A stretch of 64,000 nucleotides of DNA from Lenisia limosa (lineage: Eukaryota; Protista; Breviatea), in the NCBI GenBank assembly GCA_001655205.1, contig LPNZ01009878.1, positions 1 through 64,000 of the forward strand, read 5' to 3'. Shown one piece after another: positions 53,049 through 64,000 of this stretch (position 1 is the first letter of the stretch; each line of letters starts with the position of its first letter). A program made the position numbers and the translations under genes. Below the pieces are notes generated by a model that worked only from the letters and a program-made list of their open reading frames with translations, was not told the DNA's origin and did not search any database.

Positions 53049-54710
53049 ATGGGAAAAGAAGTGAATAAAATAGTTCTGTGCGGACCACCTGCTGCTGGAA
53101 AAGGCACTCAAGCCCAGTTCCTCTCTGACCGTCTTGGCCTCGTTCATATCAGTACTGGTAGGATCCTTCTCATCATTTCTATCCTGTTAAACAAATTTAT
53201 ATTATTATTAATAATGAAAGGGGCAAGTGAGAACTCCTTAAGTTACCCCTTCAGGAGATCTTCTTAGGGAAGCTGGAGAAAAGGGTGATGAGGAAGGTCT
53301 TTTTATCAAAGGCCTCATTGATGGGGGAAATTATGTTCCTGATGATGTTATGACTCGTATTGTTAAGAGGCGCTTGGAAGAGGTTGGTTCATTGTTGTTT
53401 TGTTTTTTTTCTTCTTGCGCGCCTTTTTTTTTCATATACAATATAGGATGATTGTGCTACCAAAGGCTACATTCTTGACGGCTTTCCACGTACTGGTAGT
53501 CAAGTCAAGATCTTCAAGGTAGGTATTCATTGGCATAGCGGAAGTGTATCTCGATTATCAGCATTAATCCAAGGGCTCTTGTTGTTTATTACTCCAGGAA
53601 ATGAACATCCAAACAACCTCCAGCCTCTGCATCGAATGCCCTCGTGAAAGTGGGGGGGGGGGGGATTTTTTTTNNNNNNNNNNNNNNNNNNNNNNNNNNN
53701 NNNNNNNNNNNNNNNNNNNNNNNTTTCAGTAAATCGTTTAATGAGTAAAAACAGCAACGAAAGAATTAGATCGCAGCAAGAACCCTGATATTGAGCTAAT
53801 TGAATAGTCTGTATCGACCGTGTTGATGGGCGTCGCACCGACCAGGTGACTGGAACCATCTACCACAACATCCACAGAATGCCACCTGCCGAGGTGAGTA
53901 GCGCTGAAACCAGGCATTTGAGTTGTCCTGTTAATTTCTTTAGATTAAGGACCGCCTCAGTCGTAGGGCTGATGACACCCCCGAAAAGTGCAACAAAAGA
54001 TACGACACTTGGGAGAAGCACGTTCTTGGTGGGTGTATGTTTTGTTGTTTCAATGCATGGGTTTGCTGTCTTGACCTTAGTCTAACTTCGTAGACCTTCT
54101 CAATGGTCTCAATAATGTGTCAGTAGTTGACGGTTCTGGGTCTATTGATGACGTGGCTGCAATGGTGAGATTCGATTCCTTCCCTTAAAAAAAGTACATA
54201 TTACTATCAAACAATAATCATGATTTAGACACAAGGATGCCGGTCTTTTGGTAAAGTTTTATTTCAAATATTACAATATGGATACTACCGATTTTAAAAA
54301 AAGTCTTCATTCATGCTGGCTGATATCTCACACTGCAGATCCAGCAATTAATCGACCCGGAGGGACCTGTCCATGAGCCTATTCTCGCTGGTTGGAGGGA
54401 GGGTGTGATGATGGTGATGATTTAACATTAGATAAGTCAACGCAAATTCACTTTTTGTTAGTGACTTTCCAGAATCAACAATTCCCATTGTTGTTCCTGA
54501 GCATCAAAAGAAGAACAAATGCTGCTGTTGCCCTTTGAAGAAAAGCGTTGAATTTCTGTAGGTCATATTGATGAGCATTTCTCGGTGCCATGCCAAAGTT
54601 AATGATTCAGGACCTTCAAGTGCCCTGTGACTGGTCTGCCAAGAGGAGTTATGATTGGTGCCGCCGTTGCGGTTGTTGCTGGTGTTGCTTATAAGCTACT
54701 TAAGAATTAG
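53049..54710 (+). CDS. Adenylate kinase with a C-terminal Cys cluster and predicted tail anchor
   Basis: [16 protein letters not shown]|[14 protein letters not shown], lid [20 protein letters not shown]. Three more in-frame exons end ..[27 protein letters not shown]. Confidence 0.85.
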
Positions 54711-54839
54711 GATGGTGTAAAGTCATGTGTATATTAGTAAGATTATGTAACATTGCCTCAGTTGTAACCCTACTTTTTGTATTGAAAGTACAAAACAAAC
54801 TCGCTACCAAGAAAGGAACAATTTCATAAACTACACAAT

Positions 54840-56887
54840 TTACCTCCTTCTGGTGCCACCAAAGCCAGCAGCTTGACGAACACCACCGCCGCCGCCGCCA
54901 CCCATTCTCATTCCCCCTCCTCCTCCAAAACGCATTCCTCCGCCGCCATAGGGACGATGTCTAGTCAATGAAACAATGAAAACAGAAGCAAATATCAGAA
55001 TTGAAAACAGAAGCAAATTTTCAGACGATACAGCCAAGAACGTTGACAAAAAAAAATACACTCGATTTCCAATGAAAATGATAGTAAAAGAAATGAAACT
55101 GAACGAACTCCTCACCTCTGATAACCATATCCGTTGTAATAGCCGCCTCGATTGCCTCCTCCAAGTAAATAGCCAAGAAGTCCGCCCCCAGCCATACCAG
55201 ACCAGAATCCGGCTATGGAAATAAAAGTTGGCCAAATGTAGTTAACGTTACGAATGGATGGCTGCAATCCCCTCACGTCCTTGCTGCTGCTGAGGTTGGG
55301 ATGGACCACACCCAGGGCCCCCTGGGCCTCCACCGGGTGCTCCAGGTCCGCCTAGGAACTGTAAAACAATGGTGCTTCACAATGAGTTACATATCAGATT
55401 ATAAGAAAGATACTCCATTCCATGTCAGGCGTGAGAGTAATAAACAAATAAAATTGTTGAACAACCTTTAAAGAGGCCAGCCTACCAGGTCCGCCTGGTC
55501 CTGCATTTCCTCCATGGCCGCCGTCGTAGCCATTATTTTGGTTCTGATTGTTGCATGAAGACACACAAAGGAAAATGAGTACTCCCTGAAGAATTAAGCA
55601 AATAATATCATTAGGTTCCACTATCAGAGATTCAAATTCCCCAAAATTTTCATCTATCATGAAGATCTACACCCCCAATACCACAACGATCAGAGTCATC
55701 CAGGAAAATCCAGAACTAGAACTAGCATAGCCATCACTGCCATATGTATCATATGAATTGTAGCTGTCGTAGTTGCCATACCCTTGATTTGCTGTATCGT
55801 GAGTTGATAGAAAAGCGGATATGAAATGGCTATTAGAATCCAACTCACATTGGTGTTTCTTTTTTCCCTCCTCAGTCAAACGAATTGTATACTCCAATCC
55901 ACATGATCCACCAAGAACATAACTACAGCATAAATATTGAAAGGGCTGATTCTCATCCAAGTCTGTACTTACGGATCATCAGGATAGTCGTAGCCCTCAC
56001 AGACAACTTCAATTCTGCCAAATTGGTAATATGATGACATGTCAGCATCACATTTCCACTGAACATCTAAGAAGTAAAACAGACATTTCATTTTCAGACC
56101 AGCTAAGATAAAGGCCCATAACAAATAGTGAAACCAACAGAATTTTACTGTTCCATTTTGGGGAATTAGAAAATGGTCAGTAATTCCCTGTCTTACTCGT
56201 CAAATACACAACCCTCCAACCGACACCATCAGATCCCTTGTTAGTGCACTGCACTGTTTCTAGTTGGACATAGTTACAGCCGCCAACACAAGATAGCTAA
56301 TGTGTGAGTGGCAAAGGAAAAACAGACCAGTGTGGTACAAATTCCCAAAGAATATTTATTCCCAATGGGAAAAAAACATCTTTTTTTTAAGTTTTTGGAA
56401 AAACATTTCACTCATTGCAATAGAACTACGGGATATGGCATTATACAAGAAAAGGGACATCAAACTTAGCTGATTGAGTCACAATAATTTTGAATCATTG
56501 ATAAGATTATTACCTCTTATGATTGGGATGTAAATTCCCTGTGACTTCAAATGAAAATCACCATTGGAATCTTTAATAAGCAAATTATGGTGGTCCTTTC
56601 TTGGACAATGAGTGCGTACAGAAATACAAACATGAATGAAAATTATGACCTATAAATTTTCCCAAAAAAAGACAAACCTGTGGAACTGGTGCCGACCTCC
56701 TGCCAGTTGTCATTTCGCCTTGCCTCAGAGTTAAAGTACTAACGTCAGTCAGAAGTACCTAAATAAGAAGGTCAGAGAATGGACTGAAAAACCATACTTT
56801 CTTATGATTTCCAGAGTTACTGGACCAAAATGCCCCAGTTGTCATTCCTATGCTTAAAAACAGCGCTACTAGAGGGAGAAGAATCAT
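54840..56887 (-). CDS. SARAF: Store-operated calcium entry-associated regulatory factor (TMEM66)
   Basis: Signal peptide, VLLTDVSTLTL..TTGRRSAPVPQ|LSCVGG, CEGYDYPDDP|YVLGGSCGLEY, TM segment, Gly-rich tail ending GFGGTRRR*. Confidence 0.92.
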
Positions 56888-57167
56888 TCTTGAAACGTTT
56901 CAAAATCACAGAGATATTTTTTCTGTGTTATATATTTACTGTAAAACTGTATATTTTAGATATGTATATTTGTGTATATATTGATTTTATTCACCTCATT
57001 TTTTTCATTTTTTTGTTTAGTTGATCTGTCAAGCCGGTACGGTCGGCCTTTTTTGAGAAAGTTTGGTTTGCATCCTTCCCTCTTTCCAGCGTTTTATTAG
57101 TGGATTTGTGTTGTGCTATTCATCATAAGGGTTTTGATAGTGGAATAGTGTCAATTTTTCTCCTGAA

Positions 57168-59373
57168 ATGACACTAACTCGGGATAGCAAGAAGCTGATA
57201 GCTGTTATCGGTCTTCTGTCGTGTGTTTTGTTATTTTTATTCTCATCTACATGGAATAACTACCTCGACAAGAAGAAAGATGACAGTTTACGAAAGGCGG
57301 TATGTTAGAGGTTTACTCATCAAATGCGAGAACTCTCTCCTACCTCTCACTGTGTTTCTACAGTATATATCTTGCATATTCGGGGAGAACTTCATTGGTT
57401 TGAATCCCGCCTTCTGATCAGATTTCACCGCTCTGATATTCTTTCACAATGCTTTTCCCCTTTTTATCTCCTTTTTTCGGCTTTATCTCTCAACTATTAA
57501 TGAATCAGCCACCTTCAAAATACTATAATGTTGGACAGAAGTGTTGAGTTCTGACCATCCAGCTTGTTGATGCTGCCGAAATCTTCGACCGGTACCACAT
57601 CACATACTGGGCTTCTGATGGGACCTTGCTTGGCCTTTTCAGGGACGGAACCGTAATTGCGGTTAGCTTGTTTCCCAATAATATATACCTTTCCCCTGTC
57701 AGTTTATTAGTTTTGCAACAGTATTTTTTCTTTCAAATTCATCCGTTTTTTTTTTTTTTTTCACAATGAAATCTTCTCCCTCACCCATTTTTGAGCTTCT
57801 TTGTGAAGCGAAATGGCGAAATGAGCGAGATTACATGATTTTTTAACCACTGTTATATGATTGACAAATATCGAGAAGTATTTCTCTCAAACTATATTCT
57901 CTGATTACTTTTGATTACTAATACCATCATCGTATAACATACATGACTGTGTTTCTTCTTCTTGCTTCTCTTATACTTGGGAATAATCTGTTTCATGCCT
58001 GTTTACGCAAAAACTACCGTGTATTGACGTATACATCGCGTCATAGGCACAAAATTGTTTTCTGTCAAGATGATTCTTTGTCTTGTTGCTCTCTGCATCT
58101 TCTTCTCACAAATTGGTCTACCATAGTTTCCCGTTATTTTGCTCTTGGCTGCTCTGCTGTTGAATTGCTTGCTGCAAAGCTACTTTATAAATATTGGACT
58201 ATTGGACACAGATTGGACAGCGTGTAGTGCGGATGGAAGGATACCTCTTGTTTTTTTTGTCTTTCACTGTATCTTCTTGGTCTCTTCTGAGCTTGCCTTC
58301 ACCCACTAGGGTGATTCTGATGTTGATATTTCCATTTGGAACACGGACCGAATGAAAGTTCTTGGACTGAAAAAGGAGTTCGTTGCCAAAGGCCTGACTC
58401 TCAAAGAAACCTTCAACGGTATGCAGTTGTATTCTCATGGCTTTTACGAGTTTTGGCTGAGTCATTAGAGTGGTGGAGAGGACAATCCTTATTTAGTGTA
58501 TACAGCTCCAGGAAAGGCGCTTCGCCTAACAATCCTAATTTAGTGTATCACAGCTCCAGGAAAGGCGCTTCGACTGAGAAGAGATATATACGCCTACATT
58601 GACATTTATCTTGTCGGACGCAGAGGACCGCAAATGAGCGCTGTGGGGGGGGGGGGTATTTGAGACCTCACGGCTTGATTAAATCGNNNNNNNNNNNNNN
58701 NNNNNNNNNNNNNNNNNNNNNNNNNNNNNNNNNNNNNNNNNNNNNNNNNNNNNNNNNNNNCTTGACGATGAAATTATCTCTAATGAATTAGCTGTACAAC
58801 CCACGGGAGTCCCTTGGATACCCAGCCACTTTTGTTGAGGAGTTGATCTACGTTGATATGGAGTTTGAAGGAGCGATTCACAAAATATCGTAGGTTTTGT
58901 AACCTTTCTTTACCAATCTTGTGTTATTCTTCTGAAACCGGAGTTGTAAGGCAAATGATTGTGTGAATACTCTAATAAATGTGAGTGTGTCCCCTCCCCC
59001 CTTTTTTTTTTCTTTTTTTTGAAAATACACTAAATATATCTCATTTGCTTTAGACTCCCAAAGGGTGCTGAAGACTATTGTGTCTACCGCTATGGAGAAA
59101 ATTGGAACACCCCAGTCAAAAACGATAAAGGTAGGAGTCTCGTCAAACATTGATTCTTCATTATTGCCTGTTCCTCTGGTTCTGACGTTCATTCTCTTTT
59201 TTCTCCACTCTGTGTTATCAAGCACTAACCACCCAGGACGTGATGGTGCTGAACCCTCCAGTTTTGGCAACATGCTTCGCACATTCCTTCGTCGCTACCC
59301 CATGTTCCACTTCTTTGAACCGAGTGCCGAGCGGAATGCCCAACCCGCACCACAGCTGCCCACTGCGACATAG
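57168..59373 (+). CDS. LicD/fukutin-family nucleotidyl/phosphotransferase, type II membrane protein (may continue into the next gene)
   Basis: N-terminal anchor KKLIAVIGLLSCVLLFLFS; EIFDRYHITYWASDGTLLGLFRDGTVIA|GDSDVDI; YIDIY; LPKGAEDYCVYRYGENWNTP. Confidence 0.8.
58482..58572. repeat. ~47-bp tandem duplication spanning a LicD-gene splice acceptor
   Basis: acaatccttatttagtgtatacagctccaggaaaggcgcttcg followed by acaatcctaatttagtgtatcacagctccaggaaaggcgcttcg. Confidence 0.95.
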
Positions 59374-59546
59374 TAGGCTTGAAACTTTTTCGGTTTAAAA
59401 TGTGAATTAGTGTGTTGTTAGATTACACCAGTTTTTTATATATTATATTATTATAGGTAATCACCCCCCCCCCTCCATGACATTTGTCAACAATATAAAC
59501 AAAAGTTTACAAATTATACCCCCACCCCTCTCGTTTTGCTTACTAG

Positions 59547-62430
59547 CGAAGTCCGCCCGAGTACCTTGAAGTCCGACAGAACAACCCGATGGTGCTTGGG
59601 GAGTCCAATGAGTGAGTGGGAATTGTTGTGATCCAAATTTCGAGTTTCCTCCTTCATTCCCTAACTATGCTTCTAGAGCGCACTTTGCCGAGCACGTCTT
59701 TGCCACCTTGCTGTACAGGTAACTGAACTTGAGACTCTCCTCATCAACTTCACTAACCTGACTTTCTAGTGACAATTATCTCATGGCTGTCCTTGTGCTG
59801 GGTAAATCTTTGGACGCCACTGGCACTCGCCATCCTAAGGTGCGTACTTGCAAGTGAACTATGGTATCTTTTTTCGTTACTCACTCCACAGGTTGTCTGC
59901 GTCACAAAGCATGTCAGTGAACATGTAATTGATGAACTGAAAAGAAATGGTTAGCTTTGTTTCTGCCAATAGGGACTTTCTCGTTTCGTCTTTCTTTTAC
60001 TTTTGCACTGATGCTGTCTTTACTCGCTCTAGACTGGCTCATTAGACGAGTGGATGCTCTAGGCCACACGACGGAGGGATCTGACTCCAGGTTTAAGTGG
60101 GTGTTCACGGTATGTGGTGTAGGGATACTTGCCATATTGTTATTTCATATTTAAAATGTTCTCACCATTTCAGAAGCTTCGTCTGTGGCAGATGGTTGAG
60201 TTCAAAAGGATTATCTTCTTAGATGCGGATATTGCGGTCCAAAACCCCTTGGTGAGCCATTTCTTGGAGTCAAACTCATTCGAATTAGTGGTTTATTTTG
60301 TGATTATTATTATACCTGAGGGTGCCTTATGTTTTGGTAGTTGTTCTCACATGTTGCAGGATGATCTTTTCGAGTGTGGCCGTTTTTGTGGAGTTTATTT
60401 ACACCCCTTCAATTTCAATGGAGGACTTCTGGTGATCACTCCCGACCTGGATGAATAGTACGCTCTTTGCAACTTTGACTGTTCACGTCGAAATGGGATT
60501 CCTTAACTGTCTGTCTAGTCTATCCTTTTCATGGCTTCTTAAACAGGCATTCTGACTTTGCAGTGATCGTTTATTGAAATTCCGCGATGAAAACGGCTCA
60601 TCCTTCGGAATGATGGGTGAACAGACCCTTCTCAATATGTTCTACGGGCCTGAAATGGTGGGAGGCATTGACATGTAGTGGTCTGCTTCTTTGTTTTTGT
60701 TGTTGTTGAAATCATTGAACATGAATGGTGAACCTTTGTCCTTGTTCTTCAAAATACTCTATTTCACAGTCTAGCAAACAACCCCCGAGTACCTTGGCCA
60801 TCTTCCAGACCTCAAGGAAATCCCCGATAATGACCCAACTGTAAGGGGACGAGTCGCATTCTCTCGCTTTGCCACAAAAGAATGAAGTTGTCCAAATTGA
60901 TTATTGTCATCGTTACGTTGACAATACAGGTCCCGGCCCAACGTCTTCCTTATGACTACAATGCTGAGTCAACAGTTCATAGCTGGTTAGTGGGACTCAT
61001 ACTATATTATGTCACCTTTAGTTCGCACCAAATAGCAAATTGTGCCTCTCCTTGATTTCTCCTCCACAGGTATGGAGAGTGGAGAACAAAGTCAGGAACT
61101 GTCATGGCTATTCATTACCTTGATAAAGGTGTCAAACCATGGTAGGTGGTTTTTGTTTTTTCCGACTCTTGTTCAGTTTTTGTTTTGATTTGTATTTACC
61201 TTCCTTACCCGCCCCCCAGGACATGGTACTCATACCTCCGTCACCCCATTAATTGGGTCTGGTACCAATATAGGGTATGTTGGGGATCATAAAGGTAAAG
61301 GAAACAGATAATTGGAATAGATTGTCTTTGGATGAAACTGTCACACCATGGAGTACTTTTCAGTTTACAATTCTATATTGCTTCTGTCTGAGTTTCTGAG
61401 TCGTCTGATACTCGATAGCGGAGTTTGGATACCCTCATTTTTTAGGCTGAGCTTCCATGTGACTCTCTTCTGGTTGTTTGGTTTGCTGTTCTCCTCTTCT
61501 CTATTACGCCAATCTACGTTTCCATCACCACTTCGTTCATGCCTGAAACAAAGGTTTGAGAGAGTGTGCGTTAAAGTTTCACCAAGGAACTTCGAAGTTG
61601 ATTGCACTTTTCACTCCTTAGGGCTTTTTCAACCAGCTCCGCTACCAACTGCAGTTTTTCCCTCTTTGCATCGCCCTCCTCCTCTCCGCTTACATTGCCT
61701 TCTTCTTTGGTAAGCATCAGAATGCTCATGACTTACGACATAGTGCCTTCAACGCAGTATCCCTGTTTGGGCTGGATCCAGTTCCTCGTGACATGGCCTC
61801 TTTTGGCGCTTCTGCTCTGCAAAGACACCGCCAATGTTCTTCGGTCCTACGTCGCAACCGTCGTGCTCATCTGTTGGAGGGTCTTTCTATCATCGTTTCT
61901 TGGCATTAGCAAACTTTTATGGTTTCTTATTAACATTTCACAGGTGTCCAGTTCAACAGTAATGGCAATACGCCTTCGGAGATTATCAAGCTTATTTTCG
62001 TTGCTGGAGTTGGTATTACGATTGCTGCCTCGGAGTGGCCCTCCAAGAATGCTGTCATCACCTCAATACAGGTAAGCCACGGATTCATCCCTTCTTTGTC
62101 ACATCCTTTTGTGGATAAAAAGACTGCTTCTGACGATGAATAAAAAATATGACCATGTAGGCATTCCGTCTTAAGATGGCAAATGGACCGGGTTTGCCAA
62201 CGTCTATGCAACCTTCGCCAAGCCCACTTTCTGCTCATCCGTGCACTTGGAAGGTATGCAAACTTCTAATTTCAACAAATAACTTCACGTCATCTGACTC
62301 TTCTTTCAGGTGTGTGCTTGTGGGCTCTCACTTCTTATCTTATGGGTTATCGTCATCAACGACAGGCTCTGATTTAGTGTTCCTTCGTTTGTTTCCTGTT
62401 TCTTCTATTACTATTCATATGTATCTTTAA
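59547..62430 (+). CDS. GT8 glycosyltransferase with C-terminal TM domain, IPUT1/PGSIP6-like (no own signal peptide found)
   Basis: FATLLYS|DNYLMAVLVLGKSL, VFT|KLRLW, IFLDAD, DLFECGRFC, FNGGLLV, GEQTLLN, RLPYDYNAE, IHY..VKPW|TWY, then TM exons including VPSTQYPCLGW. Confidence 0.82.
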
Positions 62431-62531
62431 TTTGACTGGGCCACAGTGCAACACTGAATGCGACATCAATCAAAACTAATCAATGAAAAAGGAAGACACT
62501 TAACATCCGAATAAACTGATAACGGGCGCGT

Positions 62532-64000
62532 TTAGACCTTCTTGTAATCCAGTTTAGCCTCCAACTTCTTGGCTGTATTGATTTTACGTGTGGCCTAGAA
62601 ACATGAATAGATTTTCAAAGAGGGTTCTAAAGATTGTAAATCTTGGGGGGATACGATTCAAACATTCATACCTTAACTAAGTCCTCCTGTACAATGTAGT
62701 CTCTCTCGTCACGAATTGCAAACATTCCTGCAGCATCACTGATGCAACAAAAACGCTCATTATATTATTGTTTGATATGCTTGATATTTTTTTGTATGAA
62801 CGAATTATTGTTTTACAAAAATTCTACATCTAGTACTAATTATATGATATGATATGTACATATAGTTTGCATATCATATGTTATTAAGAAGAAACACTTG
62901 ATATGAGATTTTGTTCTGGTCCCCTTACCAGCTTCTGTACAGACATTCCTCAAATCCGCTCCGTTAAAACCGTCACTCAACTTGACAATGCTGTCAAAAT
63001 CTGGGGGGAGTAAAATACTGTTTTTGAATTAATAGACAAAAAACCTTGAGATAACAAAATGTTTATCAAACAGTTATGAACCAGTGGGAGGTGGGAGAGA
63101 CAGTAGGAAGGGTGGAGGGGAACAGTAGGGAGGGTGGAGGAAGGAACAGGGGGAGAGGAAGAAGCCCAGATCCAGCTTTAAAGCACCACAAGGGGGAGGG
63201 GAAGAAGCACGTTTAAGAATATAATGTAAGATAAGATGAGACAATTTCACTGGAAACCTTGATAAAATAATGATGCGCTACGACAACATAGGAACTGACT
63301 ATCCGCCAACCAATATCTCCGTGCTTCTGAATTTCAGCGGAATGGATCTTGAGGATCTCCAGTCGTGACTGCTCATTGGGCCACGGGATTTCGATCTTTC
63401 GATCTAAGCGGCCAGGCCTGATGGGATGGGAGTAAAACTAAGATAATTTCGGAGAATATTGGTGTAAGCGCACTAATTACCAACTGAATCAAAAACTCCA
63501 AAGCAAAAAATAATCAGTTGTAGAATGGGAACGCATATAACTCTGGAAAAACACAAAAACACCAGATATAAAAACGAAATTTAGAGGATGACTAGAATAT
63601 CAAAAATAAAAAATACACCCACGTGGACTCGTGAACATAAGATAGACTGTGGTATCATATTCCTTTCCAAAAAAAGCAAAAGAATACCTCAGTAGAGCAG
63701 GGTCCAATGTATCGGGTCTGTTTGTGGCCATAATAATCTAATGAATAAGTGCAATATAATGTCTTGAGTCTCACTTTGTTCTCAAAAAAAGACAAAGATA
63801 TTATTCTCTTTTGAGATTCATTGGACACAAACTGTGAAAACGCCTATACTATTCTAAACCTACTTTAACTTTGTCGAGGGAGTCAAAACCATCCATTTGG
63901 TTCAAAAGCTGCGGAGTGTGAATGAAGCTTCAAAGCGAGAGGCCAATAAGACAACTTAGGTTTACTTCAAGAAAAAGAAACCAACCTCCATGAGAGTTCT
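62532..64000 (-). CDS. PSMC6: 26S proteasome ATPase Rpt4 (3' half; gene continues past the window)
   Basis: RTLME|[25 protein letters not shown]|[30 protein letters not shown]|[18 protein letters not shown]. Confidence 0.96.

Noticed and set aside
58236-58245. Perfect U12 5' splice site GTATCCTT on the minus strand
   Set aside because: It is antisense within the LicD intron, with no supportable gene or matching branch and acceptor. Likely chance.

Overview
Gene-dense, intron-rich eukaryotic nuclear DNA, probably from a flagellated protist (PKD2, TTLL1 and an AK8-like kinase are present). The organism cannot be identified from this window. It uses the standard genetic code, GT-AG introns mostly about 35-110 nt long with degenerate donors (GTTGGT, GTTTGC, GTGGGA), and contains several N gaps. 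About 22 hand-spliced protein genes were found. Recognisable ones: IPK1/IPPK-like, PKD2-like, THOC5, MPDU1, ZSWIM7, SRSF10-like, RPL18A, UvrD/Srs2-like helicase, a ~10 kb cell-surface protein gene, TTLL1, FIP1, RPL3, adenylate kinase, SARAF, LicD-family, IPUT1-like GT8 and RPT4. There is also one tRNA-Asp(GTC). Main observations: (1) recurrent 25-48 bp tandem duplications, several straddling splice sites and creating duplicate acceptors or donors; (2) a likely LicD + IPUT1-like fusion in which the stop codon overlaps a splice donor; (3) a tail-anchored adenylate kinase; (4) a candidate poison exon in the SR gene; (5) a structured long intron in FIP1. No database search or folding program was run. 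Family calls come from remembered motifs, and some exon boundaries and gene ends are approximate.
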